Source of the DNA: Mobula hypostoma
Lineage: Eukaryota
NCBI RefSeq assembly: GCF_963921235.1
Contig: NC_086097.1
Span: 228,968,001 to 229,032,000 of the forward strand
Length of the DNA stretch: 64,000 bases
Direction of reading: 5' to 3'
This document shows positions 36,981 through 50,305 of the stretch, piece after piece; position 1 is the first letter of the stretch, and the number at the start of each line of letters is the position of its first letter. The notes under the pieces are model-generated. The model was not told the DNA's origin. It did not search any database and saw only the letters and a list, made by a program, of their open reading frames with translations. Position numbers and translations under genes: made by a program.

Positions 36981-37903
36981 GATAAATGCTTATAAGACAT
37001 ACTGTAGGAGCAGAATTAGGCCATTTCTTCCTTGTTGCCACATGTGGATGCTTATTAGGTACAAAACAGAAAAATTCTCTTTCTAATCTCTATTTTGTCA
37101 TTATTCCATCCACTCTTCAACTAAGGCGCAGGTTCATATTGAACGCAATTAGTTGTTGGCAGCTTTCCATTAACAACAAGCATTTCTACTCAGAACCACA
37201 GGGAATATGAGTGTGTTGTTAACTGGGTTACTCAGTACAACTGAGTCTGATCCTTGTGTCCATTAATGACCACACAGGTATACTCCAGTAGGGGACTGAT
37301 TACCTAACCAGGAATGTGTGTTACCACTGAGTAATCCTACAAGCCGAAGTTCAGGGAAAGTTAAAGTGTGCTCCCACCAACCTGAGATCTGCTAAAGTGA
37401 ATTTTAAAAGTTCTACCGAGTTTCTGCACACCTGGATCCCAGCTTTCAGAAGTTAAACGATTTCAGCAGATCATTTGCAGTTGTTGGCCCACGCTGCGAG
37501 CCTCAATTGGAAATAAATGTTCACGAGCTCTCATGAGTGGCCAGCTCTCATGATCTACTTTAAAATCCCTTACAGAACACAAAGTGAGAGTAATGTAAGA
37601 TCCTCCCAGTACATATAATGCAGTCAGTCAAACAGTAGCTGCTTGATCATTTGCACTTCTGTGATACCATCACTCACAAATTATGATTCAATTACGAATG
37701 TCTCATCACCTTTCTTTCAAAAACAGTAATCTTAGGTCCCATACCACCACGTTCAGGAACAGTTATCATCCCCCTGAACCAGCGCAGAAAACTTCACTCA
37801 CCTCAACATCGAACTATCTCCACAACCTATAGACTCACTTTCAAGACTCTACCACTCAGTATTATTTATTTACTTTTTCATATTGCACAATTTGTCTTCT
37901 TTT

Positions 37904-38108
37904 GCAACACACATAAAAGTTGCTGGTGAACGCAGCAGGCCAGGCAGCATCTCTAGGAAGAGGTGCAGTCGACGTTTCAGGCCGAGACCCTTCATCAGGA
38001 CGAAACGTCGACTGCACCTCTTCCTAGAGATGCTGCCTGGCCTGCTGCGTTCACCAGCAACTTTTATGTGTGTTGCTTGAATTTTCAGCATCTGCAGAAT
38101 TCCTGTTG
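37904..38108. mobile_element. Mini head-to-head PLE insertion in a Rex1 3' UTR
   Basis: Minus arm 37904-38001, plus arm 38002-38108; tttgtcttcttttgca at 37891-37906 and 38109-38124. Confidence 0.92.
37966..38001 (-). ncRNA. Minimal hammerhead ribozyme motif
   Basis: Reverse complement: gtc-CTGATGA-agggtctcggcct-GAAAC-GTC-gactg. Confidence 0.75.
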
Positions 38109-38539
38109 TTTGTCTTCTTTTGCATTTTGGTTGTTTACCAGTCATTGTTATTTATAGTTTTTCATAAATTCTATTGTATTTATTTCTTTTCCTGTAAATG
38201 CCTGCAAGAACATGAATCTCAAGGTAGTATATGGTGACATATATGTACTTCTTAATAAACTTACTTTGAACTTTTTAATTGATAGAACTCTGTTTCCTTG
38301 ACACGCAAAGAAAAGACTCTTATTTTTCTGCCTTGCTTCTGAATTGCTCTTACACCTACCTCACTAAAGTATAATTGGGTATCTGTATATATGCCACACA
38401 GCACTCAACAGTGCAGGTTTGTAACTCTGTGAATGCTCCCGATTCTGGGAAAATCTAGCACTTAATAACACCAAAGTTTCATACATCAGAGCTAAGTTGA
38501 TGAACGACTTTCCTTCTGCCTTGTCCACATTTGCCAGCT

Positions 38540-39416
38540 AGATTAGATTCAACTTCATTGTCATTGTGCTGAGTACAGATACAAAGCCAATGAAATGCAA
38601 TAACCATCTGACCGGAAGTGCAAAAGAACAGTATTATTTACAAAATAACTGCGAATAAAAAGTAAGTGCTACAGCATACAAATATAAAAGTACTGAGACA
38701 GTACAATATGGGTGCAATACTGCTTAGCGCTGTGATGTGAGGTTCAGCAAGGTCACAGCCTTAGGGAAGAAGCTCTTCCTGTGTCTGCTGGTGCGGGAGC
38801 GGAGGCTCCTGTAGCACCTACCAGATGGGAGGAGAGTAAAAAGTCCATGGTTAGGGTGAGATGCATCCTTGTTAATGCTTTTCACCCTGCCCAGGCAGCA
38901 TTTATGGTAGATATTCTCAATAGTGGGCAATTGGGTGCCGATAATCCGCTGGGCAATAGACAATAGACAATAGGTGCAGGAGTAGGCCATTCAGCCCTTC
39001 GAGCCAGCACCGCCATTCACTGTGATCATGGCTGGTCATCCACAATCAGTACCCTTTTCCTGCAGTTTTCACCACCCACTGGAGTGCTTTGCGGTCCGAT
39101 ACAGGACAATTGCCATACCACACTGAGATGCAGTTGGTGAGTATGCTCTCAGTGGTACAACAGTATAATTCCGTCAGCATCCTGGGACACAGGTGAGCTT
39201 TCTTGATGCTCCGCAGGAAATACAAAACAAAAAAGGCTGTTGTGCCTTTTTGACCAGGATGGAGGAGTTCAGGGACCAGGTGAGATCCTCGGAAATGTGG
39301 ACACCAAGGAATTTGAAGCTTGATACATGCTCCTCTACAGCTCTGTTGATGTAGATGGGGACATGAGTGTGGCTCCTAGCATGCCTGAAGTCCACAATAA
39401 TCTCCTTGGTCTTCTG
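38540..39416 (-). mobile_element. Rex1/Babar-type LINE 3' fragment with a CR1 tail nested at about 38956-39061
   Basis: KTKEIIVDFR..FKFLGVHISEDLTWS; KDASHPNHGLFTLLPSGR; (caataga)n tail of the insert. Confidence 0.85.
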
Positions 39417-40214
39417 GCTACCAGCTACCACTTCATGTCACTAAATGTCAGACCGCTTTCAACCTGGAGCTAGCCTGAAATAGCACTTGGAGGGAGGTGG
39501 GGGGTGCGCGACACAGGGGAGGCAGAAAGGGGAGAACTACTCTGCCTTCGGCATGTGCCTCATGTATCCTCGCATGTCCTGAGCTGTTAAAGGGTTAAAT
39601 AATCCAGTTCCACACGATCTGGCAGACCTACTGTCTTTTTGTATTCTCCATACGGTTATCATAATGAATAAAAACAGAATACTCAGCAGGTCAGACAGCA
39701 TCTGTGGAAAGGAAAACAAGAGCTGACAGCAAGCTTTAACCTGAATGAAAAACTTTCTGAATGTCTAAGCTTCAAGTCACAGAGAGACAGATTAGCTGGT
39801 GAGCACAAAGGGAATGTCTGTGACAGGGTGAGGACCACGAGAGACTGAATGGATCAAGTGATGGCCGTGGAGAAAGGGTGGAAAAGGCATGTTAATCACA
39901 GAGGCGACATAAAAATTGTGGACGAAATGCCTCTTATGAATGATCTATGTCTCTTATCATTTTGTACACCTCCATCGAGTGAGTTTTTTTTACACGAGGA
40001 GTGGTGGATGTGTGGAACGCCCTGCCAGGGGTGATGTTAGAGGCAGTTACATCTAGGACATTTAAGAAACTCTTAGATTGGCATATGGATGATAGAAAAA
40101 TGAAGGGCCACATAGGAGGGAAAGGTTAGATTGATCTTAGTGTCGGTTAAAAGGCTGGCACAAGATCAAGGGCTGAAAGGCCGGTACTGTGCTGTAATTT
40201 TCTATGTTCTATGA

Positions 40215-41059
40215 AAGCAGGAGGGCAGAGTTAAGATGGCACCAAGAGGCTACCTCTCTGAGCATATCTGCGGAAACAGCTTAAATTCCTCCCTTTAGTG
40301 TCTCTTCGTTTTCCTTTTCAAGGTGACTGGGGTTCTATCAAGGTCCCTGATCTGCAACGGCACTCAGAACAGCAGCACTTCACGACAGATGAGCTCCCGC
40401 TCCTGGAGCTCACCGATCGGCTGTTTTACAGCATTCTCCAGGCGTGCGTTGGAAGATGGCACCTCTGGAGTGTGGCCCTGTGGATGACCGATTACAGGCC
40501 CGGCGTTGCCGACTGAGGCATCGCGGGAGATGGAACATCGGGATTTCGCTGCATCGGACATGTGGATGGAGGTCTCCGCAGTCGGGTGATTGCACTCTCT
40601 CTTTCTCTCGATGGTGGGGTGAGTTTGCTGCCCATTCTCAAGTCGGAGAATCTTAGAATAAAAAGCGATGGGGCAGACTGCAACACTGTAACAGCAACTG
40701 TTAGTCTCCCTTTTTGCCAAGAAATGGGTGACGTCTCTCTGTCTCTTGTTAACAAGAGAGAGCTCCGGTGGCATGTCAAACTGTCGGTTAAACAATACTG
40801 TCGGTCATGGTCTCTCTGTGGGTGCTCGGCGGGTGGGGGTTGCTGACACTTTTTTGGTGAAGTGGATGGGGGGAGGTTGATGCGTTGACGCTTTGCTGCT
40901 GCTTGCATGCAGGGAGGGGGAGGGGGGCTTTGGGGTTCTCATATTTTTCTGTTATTCATTCTTTTGCGGTTCTTCTGTTTCTCGTGGATGTCTGCGAAGA
41001 GTAAGAATTTCAGGGTGTACACTGTACCCATTCTCTGATAATAAACAGAACCACTTGAA
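40215..41059 (+). mobile_element. GC-rich ORF-less retroposon-like element
   Basis: Starts gagttaagatggc; ends aagaatttcagggtgtac...tctgataataaa, resembling Rex1 3' ends in this window. Confidence 0.5.
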
Positions 41060-41539
41060 TGTGAGAGACACAGAAAGGGAAACAATGCTGGATCCGTGAG
41101 TTACAAAATACTAAGGAAGAAAAACTTTGCAGAGGTTGGGCATCTGAAACAATAACAGAGAACGCCAAGTCTGGGAGGAGGTTCAAGCAGCATCTGTGGG
41201 AGAAGAACAGAGTGAACTTTCTGTCAGAAGATGAATTGCAGTCCCTCTAGCCTACAGTAGGAACTGCAACACATCAGAAAGCTTATAAGAGGTCACAGAC
41301 AGAAAAGTCAAAGTGGGAGTGGGAAAAAAAAGTGAGAGGAGACTTACTCAGGCTGCAAGAGTGACCCCAAGCTTACAGTTACCTTCCATTTTAAACCTGC
41401 ATTATACTCTCTCCACCAGAGGTGTTCTCCTTGTACACTCCACCTCTCCCCTCCAACTTACAGCATGTTTGATTTCTAACTTTTCTCAGGCCTGAGAGCA
41501 ACTTTCCTTAGGCCTGATGAAAAGCCATTGATGAAAAAC

Positions 41540-41850
41540 AGTGGAGACACAGGAGAGTGTAGAAGCTGGAGCCTGAGGTAGCACGAGAAGGGCTGGAGGA
41601 ACTCGGTGAGTCAGGCAACATCGATGGAGGGAAGTGGATAGTCAACGTTTCGGGCTGAGACCCTTCATCGACACATTGTTTGATCCTATTAGAGATGGCT
41701 ACCTCCCCTCCCCATGGCTCCCACAGCTTTAATTCTGTCCCTTTCAGTCTCGTCAAAGGCTCTTCGACTGTTTCTCTTCCCACGGATGCAGCCTCACTTG
41801 CTGTTTTTCCACATTTACTGGCTCTTTATTTTAGTTGTTCCATCTTCTCT
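41540..41850. mobile_element. Degenerate inverted pair of PLE terminal modules
   Basis: Minus: gctggaggaactc...gtcaacgtttcgggctgagacccttcatc; plus: gactgtttctcttcccacggatgcagcctcacttgctg. Confidence 0.55.
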
Positions 41851-42540
41851 GCACTACGCGTGGCCAGAGTAGTGAGCACGTAGATCTGCACATACACTAC
41901 AACATGGTTAAGTGGTTTTGAACACTCTTAAAACCATTCCCATGCATTTACACAAAATGTTATTTAAAACAGCAGCCACCGAGAGGTGTGGCTTAAATCA
42001 AAATTAAAAGAGAGGAGATGCAAGTTAACTATCTAGTTCATGTACCTTAAATCCAAGCAGGAACTAGTAAATTTTTACATCAAATGGGACATAAAGCATT
42101 TTAAAATATATGTTAAAAATCAACAAAATACAGCAAGATTTCAATTTTATTGTGATAGCTTGTCACATACTCTACGTGTAATTCGTGCTGGAATTTTTCA
42201 TTCAGCGCTGGCTTTAAAATGTGCTGACATTGCCTATAAACTGTGTGCATTCACTTCCAACTGACATAAGTATCACTGAAAATCTAATCAAACATAAACT
42301 AAACATATCACTACTTCATCCAAAATAAGTCACTTATCAATGAATATGTGACCAGTTGTGCATTTAGCATTTTGCTTTATCCAGGAGAGCGCATCAAGCA
42401 GAAATGAGATCCCACAACGAGAGTAAATTCCACGCGGCATAAGGAGAAAGTTTACAGCGAGCCATAAGTGGGGAGAAAGGAGAGAGTAGGAAAAGTTCAG
42501 GCAGGGAATTCCAGTACACAGGGAAATATAATAGCACATT

Positions 42541-43178
42541 TAACAAAAAATACTCTGCAGATGCTGGGGTCAAAGCAACACTCACAACACGCTGGAGGAA
42601 CTCAGCAGGTTGGGCAGCATCTGTGGAAACGATGAGTCGACGTTTCGGGCCGGAACCCTTCGTCAGGACTGTAGGGGGAAGGGGCAGAGGTCCTATAAAG
42701 AAGGTGGGGGGAGGGTGGGAAGGAGAAGGCTGGTAGGTTCCAGGTGAAAAACCAGTAAGGGGAAAGATAAAGGGGTGGGGAAGGGAGGCAGGGAGGTGAT
42801 AGGCAGGAAAGGTGAAGAAGGAATAGGGGAAAACACAATGGGTAGCAGAAGGAGACGGAACCAAGAGGGAGGTGGTAGGCAGCTGGGGGAGGGGGCAGAG
42901 TGACATAGGGATAGGGGAAGGAAGGGGGAGGGAATTACCGGAAGTTGGAGAATTCTATGTTCATACCAAGGGGCTGGAGACTACCTAGATGGTATATGAG
43001 GTGTTGCTCCTCCAGCCTGAGTTTAGCCTCATCATGGCAGTAGAGGAGGCCATGTATGGACATATCTGAATGGGAGTGGGAAGCAGAGTTGAAGTGGATG
43101 ACTACTGGGCAATCCTGTCTGTTGTGGCAGTTGGAGCAGAGGTGCTCAACGAAGTGGTCCCCCAATCTGCGTCGGGTT
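42541..43178 (-). mobile_element. Neptune-type PLE 3' portion, same subfamily as 27889-28740
   Basis: ORF 42935-43165 HFNSASHSHSDMSIHGLLYCHDEAKLRLEEQHL; includes the full tail to gcagagtattttttgtt. Confidence 0.9.
42635..42671 (-). ncRNA. Minimal hammerhead ribozyme motif
   Basis: Reverse complement: cagtc-CTGACGA-a-ggg(ttccgg)ccc-GAAAC-GTC-gact. Confidence 0.78.
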
Positions 43179-45659
43179 TACAACATAGCTAACTACATAT
43201 TTAACCCTCTATTGTTAATAGACTGGGTGCCATCATTAACCAGAAACTTTACCTGACACATACTATGTTGGCAAATTTCAAAATAAATTTATTATCAAAG
43301 TACATATATGTCACCATATATGTATTTTGAGATTCAATTTCTTGTGGGCATACTCAATAAATCTATAGAATAATAACCATAATAGAGTCAATGAAGGACC
43401 ATGTATCTTGGGTGTTCAAACAGAGTGCGGAAGAAAACAAGCTGTGCAAAGCAAAAAGAAATAAATAATAAATAATAATATGCAATAAATATCAAGAACA
43501 TGAGATGGAGAGTCCTTGAAAGTCCATTGGTTGTGGGAACAATTCAATCGTGAGGCAAGTAAAGTTGAGTTGAGCTGTAGTCAATGAAGGGCACTCTGAT
43601 GAAGGCATTTTTGTTGTCCGGACGTTCCAGGGTTGAGTGAAGAGTCAAAGATATGGCATTTGCTGTGGATCTATTGCTCCAGGAGGAAAGTTGGAGTAGG
43701 TCAAGATCAGAGAATGATACTCTGCAGCAAGGGTCCTCTTACAGACTTCCCAAAACATTTCCGTCACTTTTAAAGTACAGGTGAAGAGCAAAACAGCACA
43801 CTCCAAGCTCACAGGTCACCACCTCCAAATGATAACCCATCGTGACTTATAAATATATTGTTGACTCTTGTCATCAGGTTACAATGCCAAAATTTCTGCC
43901 TAACACTATGGTCCCACCTCCACCATGTACAAAAGTGTGGATTATTGCCATCTTATAAATGGCAAATCATAAAGGGTTGCAAAGCGTAACCAGTGATGTA
44001 CAAATCCTGTGAAGGACTGAATAACAAAGAAAAACTGATCAGCATAGTCATCAATGAAAGGAGGGAGGAATCCATACTGCACAAATTTTAGGCGTGTACT
44101 CCCATTTTCAGAGGGAAAAATTGCAATTTGCAAATGTATACAGATTCAGAAATACATTCAATCACATCATAATTGAATAGGATAATTCAAATTAAGCACG
44201 GTATAATAGGAAAATGGAATTTACTACAGTATTGGAAGATTTAAAATTGTTCACTAATATAAATTTACCAAATATTTCCAAGACCTGACATGGATTTATT
44301 GCATCATTCAGCAGACCCAACGGCAAACATTTTCAATCCTTATAAGCGGACTGAAATGCTCATCCATGCACAGCACAATCAAGGTGTTGCAACAATGATT
44401 TTGAGAAGAGCTTAATTACCCAACATCATGTTTCTGTTGGCACCATTGCCTTGCTGACAAGGCAATGGGCAGCAAGCACACCTGACTTTCCAATCCTTAA
44501 TGCAAAGTGTGCTCTGGTTTTCTTCTTAAAACTTGATTTCTGGTAACAGATTACTTCACACATTGCAGAGATAATCTCACTTACATACAGGACAGTGGGG
44601 GGAAGCGCTGAATCTTTCATGGTTTCTCCAATGATATTCTTCAAGAACTATTACATAGACATCTTCAGACCTCACCTTCCTGAACCTCACTTTAGTGACT
44701 CCACTGAAGTAAGACAGAAGTGAGAGTTCTAGGAAGATTATCTCATTTGGTCAATGTGCTTTTTAGGGATAAAATCATAAACTTATAGATTCTTGGCTTA
44801 TTTCAAGAGGCCATTTGCCACTGCCCAATTACAGCTAAAATCCCAAACACCAAGCTCCATGGTAACTCAATAGATAAATGTCTAAAGTCCTGGTGGAGCC
44901 AGTAATGCTCACCAGGTACTAATGTACAAACATTTGTGGTAAAGATAGTGTAAACACTAGGATTTTCAGAAATCAGTTTCCAATCTCTCCCACTGACCAA
45001 TTACTGTAAAGATCTATTTGGCCCACAGTGGTTCTTTCACAATAGAAGTCAATTTAATGAGTGTCAGCACACACAGAGATGGATATCAGAGTGTGTCGAA
45101 AGTCACAGAGAAAACGCAAGAGAACGGGATTGAGAGGGATAATAAATCAGATGTGATGGAATAGGTGAGCAGACTTGATGGGCCAAATGGCTTAATTCTG
45201 CTCCTATGTCTTATGTTCTTATGATATACAAAGTATTGTTCCCTAAATAAAGTATTTTTTAGAAAAGTACTTAAGATTAAAAAAAACATTTTTCAGCAGT
45301 TATTAAGTGTAGAAATGAAAAATAAAGTGCTACAAAGTTTGTTAATCTGCACATTCATTTCATTGATGTTTTAGTGTTTTTCCAACTGCACATCTGACAT
45401 TTCCAGCTCAGAAGAACCACACCAGTAACAGGCCAATACATGTTTGTAAGTAAATGTGACTGACAGGACAGTTCTCGATTTTAACTTTGCTCTGCCAAGT
45501 ACTTTTTAAGAACTTGTGCTTGTGGCCAGTAAAGTCCCCTTGTTATTTCCAAACTAACTTCTAAAAAAAAACTTTTGATATGAACATTCCTAGATACTTT
45601 TACGACATTCACTAATGCACCTTGGATAGACTAATCCCTCAGGCCTATGGCAGTGGTAT

Positions 45660-46380
45660 AGAAGACGGTTCCTATAGTGAGGGAGTCTAGGATCAGAGGG
45701 CACAACCTCAGAATAGAAGAACTTCCCCTTAGAACAGAGATGAGGAGGAATTTCTTTAACTAGAGGGTGGTGAATCTGTGGAATTCATTGCTACAGACAG
45801 CTGTGGAGGACAAGTCATTGGGTATATTTAAAGCAGAGGTTGATAGGTTATTGATTAGTCAGGATGTCAAAGGTTACAGGCAGAAGGCAGGAGAATGAGG
45901 TTGAGAGGGATAATAAATCAGAATCACTGGCATATGTTGTGAAGTTTGCTAACTTTACGGCAGCAGTACAATGAAATACATGATAAGAGAAAAAACTGAA
46001 TTACAGTAAGTATATACATGTCTAATAAAGTTAAAATACGTCGTGCAAAATAAAACAGAAATAAAAAAAAGTAGTGAGGTAGTGTTCATGGGTTCAATGA
46101 CCATTTAGGAATCGGACACCAGAGGAGAAGAAGCTGTTCCTGAATTGCTAAGTGTGTGCCTTCAGGCTTCTGTACCACCTTCCTGATGGTAGCAATGAGA
46201 AGAGGGCATGCCCTGGGTGATGGACACTGTCTTCCCAAGGCACCACTCCTTGAAGGTGTCTTGGATACTACGGAGGCTACTGCCCGTGATGGAGATGGCT
46301 AATTTTATAAATTTCTGCAACTTACTTCAGTCAGCCATGATGGAATGGTGGAGAAGACTCACAGGGCCGAATCTCATATG
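45660..46380. mobile_element. CR1 3' fragment (+) with a nested Rex1 3' fragment (-, about 45920-46330)
   Basis: agaacagagatgaggaggaatttcttt; CR1 UTR ataaatcag resumes tcagccatgatggaatgg at 46331. Confidence 0.7.
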
Positions 46381-48919
46381 GTCATTTGAATATATCAGTT
46401 ACCCATAAGGTAAACAACTGAAATTGAATTGATGGGCACCTGTAATCCATTAATTAATCCTTTTTGAAGTAATCTATTAATTAATCCTTTTTAAATGAAG
46501 CAGACTTTGACTGCTTACTTGGATTTTAACCCCAAAATTTACACATCAGCAGTTTAATGCATGACAACAATTTACATTGCTAATGACCTGAACCCAGAAA
46601 TTCAGGACCAGGTCATGTCAGGTGGGGCAGCTGCAGCAAGCCAAAAGCTTTCATAAGGTATTCTCTTCTGTAATCATGACGCACCCCCCACTGGCTGTTG
46701 CACCAAAGTTATTAATCCGTGAAACCAATTACTTGTGGAAATGCCTCTCTAACGCTAGACTTAAACTGAACTATTAATATCTCAATGCTGTGCTCGAGAG
46801 TGTGGGAACCATAGGTGTGGCAGATACTGCAAAACTTCTCAGGTACAGGTGATTGCTGAAATAATCCTTCTCAGTGTACCGCACTATAAAAATGATTCGA
46901 TTGCTCCTGGCTAAACTTGTTCATAATCACATTTACATGAAACTATGCCTTGTTTTTTTTATATATAACAATATGTTTGTGGTGTTGCAATCAAATTGAA
47001 GGAATACAGTTCTTAGGTTGTTACTTTAGTCAGCCATACCTTAACTACTTTTCCATTAGCTATTAACCAAGGGATTGGCAAGCTCTTAAGAGTTTCATAA
47101 AATATATTTTAAAATTTCTGCATTAAGAAGTGAACATTTACAGCTGGATGCATAGAATTCGGTGCTTAAACGCCTTTAAATCTAAATCTATTTTAGTGTT
47201 AGTCATCATAGTTAACATGCATTCATAGAACACTGATAAATGGGTTTAATATTTGGCAGCTTCTTCACTGTCAGTCCTACAAGGAATGTTTTAAAAAAAA
47301 ATTAAACTGACTAGACAAAATAGCTACAATATCTTTATTTGCTCCCTCCTCAACAATTTTTTTAAATTGTATTTATGACCAAAATATTCTCACCATTTAC
47401 TCGAGTAAAAAACGAACTACTTCGATGATATATTGCTCCTGTCTTGATGAAGCCTGACCACAAAAATGGATCATTCCTGATACATTGCTTGCACGGGTAA
47501 AGGCAATTTTTTTAAAAGAGATTTTTTTTAAATGGAGCTTTTTAAGATAGCCTTTGAAATCAGACCTGACACAAGTTAGGGGGAAAGGCATACAAGCTTT
47601 GCTGTTTGTTCTTTAATTTATGAACCGTCACCAGTTTACCACCAGATTTATCACATGGAACTGTCTGTCTTTCATTCAGCAGACCACTTTCCCAGTGGAC
47701 ACTTCATGCCAGCTGTCTCGGCAGCAGCAAAGTCTTTTCCCAAGCACCAACCTGTGGGAAAATCTTGACTGGCCGATAATTGATTCCGCCCTGCCAGCTC
47801 CATTACTGACTAAGCAATGAAATCGCCAGAAAGCCACGGACTCCTCCAGCTCCCACATTTACCCTGCTCTGTGCAACTGTCATTAAATACATTGCTGGCC
47901 CACAGGCCTGGGATGCTGAGCCTGCCCTGAAGTGATTGGTTGCTAATAAATTTGTCACTATTGGCAGAAGCACCTGGGTACCTTCTCAAAGAAAAACAAT
48001 GAGGGCAAAAGAATACGTCAGTGGAATTGCACATCATCCAATAGCTACGCCTACTGCCCTATATGTCGCTTAGTCAGCTTTTTAAATTATACATGCAAAT
48101 CACTTCAATATGTGGGAGGTAGCATTGGAAATATATACATTTTATCGACACAAATATAGAGGGCATTTTTCCAGTTGCTTTCAAGGCCAAGAACACAACA
48201 TGTAATTATGAATAATGCTTTTTAATTTTAATGTATTACTGGTGGATCATCAGTCATTTATTAATTATTCACTGTTCATCTGCTTGGCCCAATAAATTGA
48301 AATTTAGATCTACCATTGACCACATGCTTAATTATAGATTTAAGGCAATTCAAAGAAACTTCTATTAGTTCTGAGGTGAATTGTCTGCTGCTGAGCTAGA
48401 ATCCATTTCAAAGTACACTACAATTGAGCTGATTTCAAGATTCAAGTTTATTTATCACCTGTGCTTCAGTAAAATGCATTGTTTGCATTAACAATCAACA
48501 CACAAGAGTGTGCGTCTGAGGCAGCCCGGAAGTGTCACCACACATTCTGGTGCCAACATAGCATGCTCACAAAGTCCGGCAGAACAAGCAACAAACAGCA
48601 GCAGCATGAACAAGCCCAGTCCCTCCACGCACACAGTCTTCTAACCCCAACACAGTCTGTCTTCTTTGGCCTCCACTGGACACACGTTCGGACTCAAAAA
48701 TGCAGACATTTGGCCTACAACTTTAACCTCTGATGAGAAGCCAGGAGGAGAAAATGGTAATTCTAAGTGGGAAAGCAAAATGGATTTCAACTGCTCCTCA
48801 GCATATTGTAATAACAAGGCTGTGGCAAGATCATTATCCATTGCCAAAAATATCAAACAGTGACAGGAAGAAATTTTAACTCCTTCCTTATTTGCAGATG
48901 CACATTAAGGATGTGTTGT

Positions 48920-50305
48920 TGCTCTGCTGCTCTGCTCTATCTACGCTCATGACTGTGTGGCTAAGCACATCTGAAACACCATCTGTAAATTCACTGATAC
49001 AGTCATGGAGCTCTACAGCACATAATCAGGCCCTTCAGCCCATCAAGTTTGTCCAATCTCATCGACCTGCACCTGGATCACAGTGCTTCCCACCCATGTA
49101 CCTATCCAAACTTCCCTTAAATGTTGTAATTGGACCAGCATTCAACACATCCATTGGTAGCTCATTCCACACTCTCAGAACGCTCGGAGTGAAGTTGTTC
49201 CACCTCATGTTCTTCACCTTTCACCCTTAATCTATGACCTCTAGTTTTCGTCTCACCTAACCTCAGTGGAATAAGCCTGCTTACATTAAACCCATCTATG
49301 CCCCTCATATTTTTGTGTACCTCTATCAAATCTCCCCTCAACTCTTACACTTCAGGGAAATTCCTAACCTATTCAACCTTTCCCTATAATTCAGACCCTC
49401 AACATCCTTATAAATTTTGCCTGTACTCTTTGAATCTTATTGATATCTTTCCTGTAGGTGGGTAACTAGAGCTGCACACAATACTCCAAATTTAGTCTCA
49501 CCAATGTCTTATACAACTTCAATATAACATCTCAACTGTACTGAAGTTGAAGACGACACCATTATTATTGGTAAAATCTCAGTGTGAGCTAGATCAACTG
49601 GCTGAATGGTGTCATAACAGCAACCACACACACATTGCCAGCAAGACCAAGAAACTGATTGTGTACATCAGGAAAGGGAAGTTAGGAAGACACTCACCAG
49701 TCCTCTTTGAGGGTTCTGCAATGGAAAAAGTGAGCAACTTTACATTCTGGGTGTCAACATCTCCAATAATTTGTCCTGGAGCCAAATCATGAAAAAGGCA
49801 CATGAGTGGAACTGCTTTGTTAACGAGAGTTTGAGGAGATTTGGTATGTCATCAAAGACTCTGACAAATTTCTACAGATGACTGATGGAGAGTGTTCTGA
49901 CTGGTATGCAGGCTCCGATGTGCAGGATTGCAAAAGGCTGCAGAGGGCCGTATACTCAGCTAGCTCCATCAATGGTACAACCCTCTCCACAATCGAGGAT
50001 GCATTCGAGAAGTGGTACCTCATGAAGGCAGCATTCACCATTAAGGCCTCACACCATCTGGTACTTGTCCTCTTCTCATTACTACCCACAGGAAGGAGGT
50101 ACAGGAGAATGAAGACGCACACTCAATGATTCAGCAACAGCCTCTCCCCCTTCTGGAACCAGATCTCTGAATGGTCCGCGAACATTACCTCATTATTATC
50201 TGCACCATTTGTTTATTTCATAATTTAGAATAATTTTATGATTTTATGCTGATGTTGCAAAAAAAACAAATTTCACATCATATAAGGCAGAGATAATCAA
50301 CCTGA
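48920..50305 (+). mobile_element. Rex1-type LINE fragment with nested minus-strand CR1 (about 49000-49545)
   Basis: QLAEWCHNSN..SKTKKLIV; FSLLPTGRRYRRMKTHT; insert resembles the CR1 3' end reverse complement. Confidence 0.75.
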
